Assembly: GCA_043803945.1 (NCBI GenBank)
Contig: JAZDJN010000104.1
Span: 70,647 to 134,646 of the forward strand
Reading direction: 5' to 3'
Source: a bacterium
Lineage (GTDB): Bacteria; Bacteroidota; Ignavibacteria; UBA10030
Length of the DNA stretch: 64,000 bases
Shown: positions 59,659 to 64,000 of the stretch, piece by piece
Layout: the number at the start of each line of letters is the position of its first letter
Numbering within the stretch: the stretch's first letter is position 1
Translations under genes and position numbers: made by a program
Notes under the pieces: model-generated
The model's input: the letters and a program-made list of their open reading frames with translations, nothing else
Told to the model about the DNA's origin: nothing
Database searches by the model: none

Positions 59659-60423
59659 TCAACGGCGGCGGCGTTCCGGTTGATTTTCATTCTTCTTAAA
59701 GAGCTCATCGGACAAACCACCATTCACCTTATAATTGGAGTAGCGAACCGTAATACTTCCTTTGCGGGGAAGTTGCCGTGTCTGTTCCCACTTTTCCTGC
59801 TGCGGGAGGGCTTCATCGGCTTTGCGTTGAACAGTATCTTCGGCGCTGGTTTCAAAATCTGCCCTCAGCATGCTCGGAAGCCAGTATTGCCCTTCAAGCA
59901 ATTGGTACGTGAATCGCAAGGATGTCACCCGCTTGCCATAGGGAATGGTTTGCATTTGCATGATCGTCCAGTTTTTCGGATCGACCCAGAGATGCATCTG
60001 CCTGATCATTGTTTTCAAATCCTTGGCCGCCAATTGCAATTTGAATGTCTGTGTACTCTCCACCATCTCTGTGCCGACCACGGTGATGTCATATAATGAC
60101 CGGAGCATCTTCGGATTAAGGGCAAGTCCTTCACGTGGGAGCAGGGCAAATCCGGGTGATTCGATATGGATCTTGTCGGGAGTTTTAAAATAGAGTTTCG
60201 CTTTCATCTTCGGAACCCGCAGGCGTTCCATATCGACCGCTGCTTCAACATCTGCGACGTAATCCTGTATCGCATTCCAATTCTTCTCAACATTTCCTAG
60301 AATTTCTGCGCCGCTGTATTTCTGCTGGCTGAAGAGTGAACCGCAGAAAGCAAGTACGGCAGCACACCAGAGCAGAACACAAACACTGCGGGGTACTCCA
60401 CGTTGCCTGTGGTACGTTTTCAT
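59659..60423 (-). CDS. LolA-like outer-membrane lipoprotein-sorting family protein
   Basis: Signal peptide; LYFKTPDK, LWVDPK, YSNYKVNGGLSDELF. Confidence 0.75.
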   Translation of the reverse strand: MKTYHRQRGVPRSVCVLLWCAAVLAFCGSLFSQQKYSGAEILGNVEKNWNAIQDYVADVEAAVDMERLRVPKMKAKLYFKTPDKIHIESPGFALLPREGLALNPKMLRSLYDITVVGTEMVESTQTFKLQLAAKDLKTMIRQMHLWVDPKNWTIMQMQTIPYGKRVTSLRFTYQLLEGQYWLPSMLRADFETSAEDTVQRKADEALPQQEKWEQTRQLPRKGSITVRYSNYKVNGGLSDELFKKNENQPERRRR

Positions 60424-60433
60424 AAGCATCCAC

Positions 60434-61726
60434 TCAATCAGATTTCGTTGATGATTCAGATTTTCGCAGCCAGATGATGTAGATCCACATGAGCAGTGTG
60501 GCAAGCACTCCGATACTGATCAGCGCAATCCAGATAAGGCCCGGTTGGTTCGTGGCTCGTGTATATTGATACAGCCAGCCGCCAAGAGGATCGCCCACAA
60601 ATCGGGCAATGGCAATCGGTAGAAATGCATACCCTTGAAATAATCCCTGCTGCCCTCGGGGAGCGATCTCCGAGATATATTCATAGTAACGGGGAGCCTG
60701 AGTCATTTCTCCAATTGCAAAAACAACGATTCCGGCGACAATTGTCGGAATGCTGGGATAAAGGCCAATAATAATCCAGCAAAGAGCCGAGATGCCAAAT
60801 CCGAGGACCAATGCCGTGTGAGTGTTAACTCGTTTTGTCAGCAGGTTCACGGGAATCTGAAGAAGGATGATTGCTCCAGCACCTGCCCATGATTGAATGA
60901 TTTCAAACGGAGCATTTGCGTCGATATAGTCGGTGATGTAGTACGGGATGATGATGAATTCTTGCCAAAAAATAATCCAATACAACGAGAAGATGAGCAG
61001 AAAGATCATAAACTTGATATTGCCGAGTACGACGAAGAGGTTGGCGATTTTCTTCCCCAACGATTCGGTATCTTCTGTCGTATCATTTTTCACTTCCTTG
61101 TAGAGGAGCAGGTTCACCACCAGCATCGCGAAGCAGCTCACAGCAGAGACGACGTAGACGAATTCAATACCAACGGAATCGCGGACGAGATACGCAACTG
61201 TTGGCCCGATTGCCGCACCGACATTGACCAGCCAGTAATAAATGGCATAGCCCAGCGATTTTGTCTCCGATGTCGATGTAACAGCAACAGTACCAAGCAC
61301 AGAAGGTTTGATAAAGCTTCCCCCGATTGCCGTGAAGATGAGGAAGATGACCAGCAGCCAGTAGAGGGACATACCGCCGTAGATTCCGGCAAATGCTGTC
61401 ATGCCAACCGATCCGATCAGGAAGTATCCGAGGCCGAGGATGGAGAAGGCGATGGTGAATGCCTTCCGGAAACCCCACTTGTCGGCAAGTGTGCCGCCGA
61501 GAATCGGCAGCAAATAGATCATGCCGCCAAAAATACCAGAGAGCTGGCCTGCTTCGGCTTCGGTAAATCCCAATTTATTGCGCAAATAGATCACCATCAC
61601 AATCTGCTGACCATAATATGCCAGACGTTCAAACAACTCCATCCCGTTCGCCACCCAGAATGTCGGGTGGAATCCTGTTTTCAACTTCTGTACTATCTTT
61701 GTGAAATCCACAAGAATTCCTTTCAA
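60434..61726 (-). CDS. MFS transporter, POT/PTR-like peptide transporter
   Basis: ELFERLAYY, GTLADKWG, FIKPSV, YWLVNVG. Confidence 0.9.
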   Translation of the reverse strand: MKGILVDFTKIVQKLKTGFHPTFWVANGMELFERLAYYGQQIVMVIYLRNKLGFTEAEAGQLSGIFGGMIYLLPILGGTLADKWGFRKAFTIAFSILGLGYFLIGSVGMTAFAGIYGGMSLYWLLVIFLIFTAIGGSFIKPSVLGTVAVTSTSETKSLGYAIYYWLVNVGAAIGPTVAYLVRDSVGIEFVYVVSAVSCFAMLVVNLLLYKEVKNDTTEDTESLGKKIANLFVVLGNIKFMIFLLIFSLYWIIFWQEFIIIPYYITDYIDANAPFEIIQSWAGAGAIILLQIPVNLLTKRVNTHTALVLGFGISALCWIIIGLYPSIPTIVAGIVVFAIGEMTQAPRYYEYISEIAPRGQQGLFQGYAFLPIAIARFVGDPLGGWLYQYTRATNQPGLIWIALISIGVLATLLMWIYIIWLRKSESSTKSD

Positions 61727-61742
61727 AGACCTGTTGGCCGAC

Positions 61743-62579
61743 TTAAGAGAGAATATCTTTCTTGAGAAATATGATCCATGCCGTAACGACGCAACTCATC
61801 GAATACAATCCGAGCACACCCAGCGATGTGAGAACCTCACTCCAGGGAATCGGATCGAGAAATGCTTTTTGCCAGACATTGATATAATGGGTGAAGAGAT
61901 ACGGTCGTATGCTTTCGAACAATTCAACAGGAATCACCATGATAATCGTAAAAACAATCAACACACCCATCGTTCCGACCATCGGCCCGATGGCATTCTC
62001 CACAAAAGAGGAGAAGAAAAATGCGATGGAGGCAATGGTCAGCATGGACCATGCTGCAAGCGCATACGCAACAATAAATCGCCACGCAACATCGTCCTCC
62101 GGCAAAACAAGAACGCCTTTATCCATAATCAACAAGTCGCCCCGGCCAAGGAGCGGAATTGCCAATCCGATACTCAACGCGGCAAGAAAGAGTACAAAAA
62201 TGATGGTATAGAAGGCTGTAGAACAATACTTGGAGAAAAGGATTTGTGTCCTTGAGATCGGCCGGACCAGAATGAGTCGATAGGTCCCCGCCGTCGCTTC
62301 ACCGGCAAGGATATCGCCGGCAACGAATGCAATAAGCAGCGGCATATGAATCCAGAGTGAGTTCATCAGACCGTACGAGACAAACCATCCGTTAAAGAGA
62401 TTGCCGACAAAGAAAAAATCCTGCTGAAGCTGCCGGGTTGTCATTTGGATAAACCTGCCGCCCTCCAATTTCATGGCAACCTCGATGAGCGGGATGATCA
62501 GCGCCACAATCGCGAAGCCGATGTAGGTTCGCTTTTTCAGAAACGTCTTGATCAATTCATAATAGATCAACCGGCGCAT
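61743..62579 (-). CDS. ABC transporter permease
   Basis: AGEATAGTYRLILVRPISR...SKY; 6 TM helices. Confidence 0.9.
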   Translation of the reverse strand: MRRLIYYELIKTFLKKRTYIGFAIVALIIPLIEVAMKLEGGRFIQMTTRQLQQDFFFVGNLFNGWFVSYGLMNSLWIHMPLLIAFVAGDILAGEATAGTYRLILVRPISRTQILFSKYCSTAFYTIIFVLFLAALSIGLAIPLLGRGDLLIMDKGVLVLPEDDVAWRFIVAYALAAWSMLTIASIAFFFSSFVENAIGPMVGTMGVLIVFTIIMVIPVELFESIRPYLFTHYINVWQKAFLDPIPWSEVLTSLGVLGLYSMSCVVTAWIIFLKKDILS

Positions 62580-62594
62580 GGTGTCTCGTTTTCC

Positions 62595-63515
62595 TCAGAG
62601 CTTTGATTCATTATCGGTAATGGAAAGGAAGTAATCCTCCAGTGACCTTCGTGGAATAAGCGCTTGAATCTCGATACCCGCCTCCACAATCGCTCGTGCA
62701 AGTTTCGGAACATGGTCGAAACTCATGGCAACTTCGAACGATTCCAACAAATCCCGAATATTGGAAATATACTCCTGCTGTGTTAAGAGAGTTTGCAGTC
62801 GGTCTCTGGGCTCTCCTTTGACGATTAGATACTTCCCCCCTTCATCAAGCAATGTTTTAACATTTCCCTGAGTGACAAGCTCTCCCCGATTAATAACTGC
62901 CATGCTGGTCGCCACAATCTCAACTTCATTCAGGAGGTGCGAGGAGAGCATAATTGTCTTGTTCTCATCCCGCGCAAGGTGGATAATGAGATCCCGGATT
63001 TCCTTCATCCCTTGTGGATCTAATCCGCTTGTCGGTTCATCAAGTATGACCAGATCAGGATTGGAGAGAAGAGCTTGTGCAATTCCGAGGCGCTGTTTCA
63101 TACCATGCGAATAAGTTTTCACCTTATCGTTCGCCCGCTGGCTCAGTCCGACCAGATCAAGAACTTCTCCGATTCGTTGTTTTGTTGTCCCTCCATTCAG
63201 CGCACCAACAATTTCAAGATTTCTGGCAGCGGAGAGGTAGAGATAGAAATCAGGTTTTTCAACAATACCGCCAACGGAAGCAAGGGCTTTCGTGCGTTCT
63301 TTTTTTAGAGAATGGCCAAAGAGGTGAACATCGCCGGTGGTCGGTGTAATAAGAGAGAGCAGCATTCTGATGGTGGTGCTCTTCCCGGCACCGTTCGGTC
63401 CGAGGAACCCGAAGACATCGCCGCGACGGATCTCTAGGTTAAGGTTCTTGACTGCCCACCGTTGTTTGTATCGCTTGCTTAGATTGTGCGTTTGAACAAT
63501 AAATTCAGCGCTCAA
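62595..63515 (-). CDS. ABC transporter ATP-binding protein
   Basis: GPNGAGKST, YSHGMKQ, ILDEPT, SSHLL. Confidence 0.95.
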   Translation of the reverse strand: MSAEFIVQTHNLSKRYKQRWAVKNLNLEIRRGDVFGFLGPNGAGKSTTIRMLLSLITPTTGDVHLFGHSLKKERTKALASVGGIVEKPDFYLYLSAARNLEIVGALNGGTTKQRIGEVLDLVGLSQRANDKVKTYSHGMKQRLGIAQALLSNPDLVILDEPTSGLDPQGMKEIRDLIIHLARDENKTIMLSSHLLNEVEIVATSMAVINRGELVTQGNVKTLLDEGGKYLIVKGEPRDRLQTLLTQQEYISNIRDLLESFEVAMSFDHVPKLARAIVEAGIEIQALIPRRSLEDYFLSITDNESKL

Positions 63516-63806
63516 GGGCTCTCACGTAGAACTTAGGGAATGATGAGTCGGAGAGAATGTAGAATTTATTCCGAGGAGTTGCAATAAGCCCGGTGTGGAT
63601 TTCCGACCGATTGGCAGATACGGGTTCAATAGAAATGCTCATCGTTTATAAAAAGCTTACCACTGAGACATTGAGAACACGGAAGTTTTTCAAAAATTTA
63701 TGTAACTGCTTCGCTCGATAGTCTTGGGCTTCCTACATATGTTATTTCTCCAAGAGGAGAATGCAGTTTCATTTAGTTAATGGAATGCAATATGGATGAG
63801 GAGTGA

Positions 63807-63840
63807 ATTCCCCCTTTTGCAAAGGGGGTACGGGGGATTT
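63807..63840. repeat. short palindromic repeat element
   Basis: AATTCCCCCTTTTGCAAAGGGGGTACGGGGGATTT. Confidence 0.6.
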
Positions 63841-64000
63841 GGTTATGCCCCGGAGGAAAACTAGCCCAAGTTCGACAGTCGTATGGTCTAAAAAAATATT
63901 TTTTGGTCATTGAGCTCTGCTTTCACTTATTATGACAGAAAAGCTCATGTAGTGAAAACCTACCCCCTTGCGGAGCCCCATGATGATGTTGTATATTGCA

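Noticed and set aside
63841-63900. tRNA-like sequence (GTTCGA)
   Set aside because: No cloverleaf or acceptor stem can be formed

Overview
Chromosomal window from an Ignavibacteria-like (Bacteroidota/Chlorobi group) bacterium, inferred from several T9SS 'QNYPNPFNP' sorting domains and a PorV-type gene. The backbone carries a ddl-like ligase, recG, pyrG, kdsB, gatC, plsC, trmH, mutT-mutY plus a broken ogg, mntH, amidases, peptidases, MFS and ABC transporters, and a TonB-dependent receptor/partner/PorV locus. From about 6.8 to 20.0 kb lies a decaying integron cassette array with no integrase in the window (CALIN-like). All its genes are on the + strand, and there are two intact and several eroded attC sites. 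Cargo includes a truncated XamI-type R-M fusion and candidate anti-phage nucleases (Vsr-like + HNH, NucS-like/EVE, ApeA-like HEPN). One attC appears hit by an IS110-subgroup element at its R'' box, and another contains several tiny hairpin insertions. Across the window is a nested set of very small palindromic elements: 19-35 nt hairpins with filled/empty site pairs, a TIR-bounded MITE family carrying different REP cargoes, a 78-bp in-frame element inside a gene, and a four-helix-bundle gene bracketed by heptamer repeats. All product calls come from motif recognition by eye; no database search was run.
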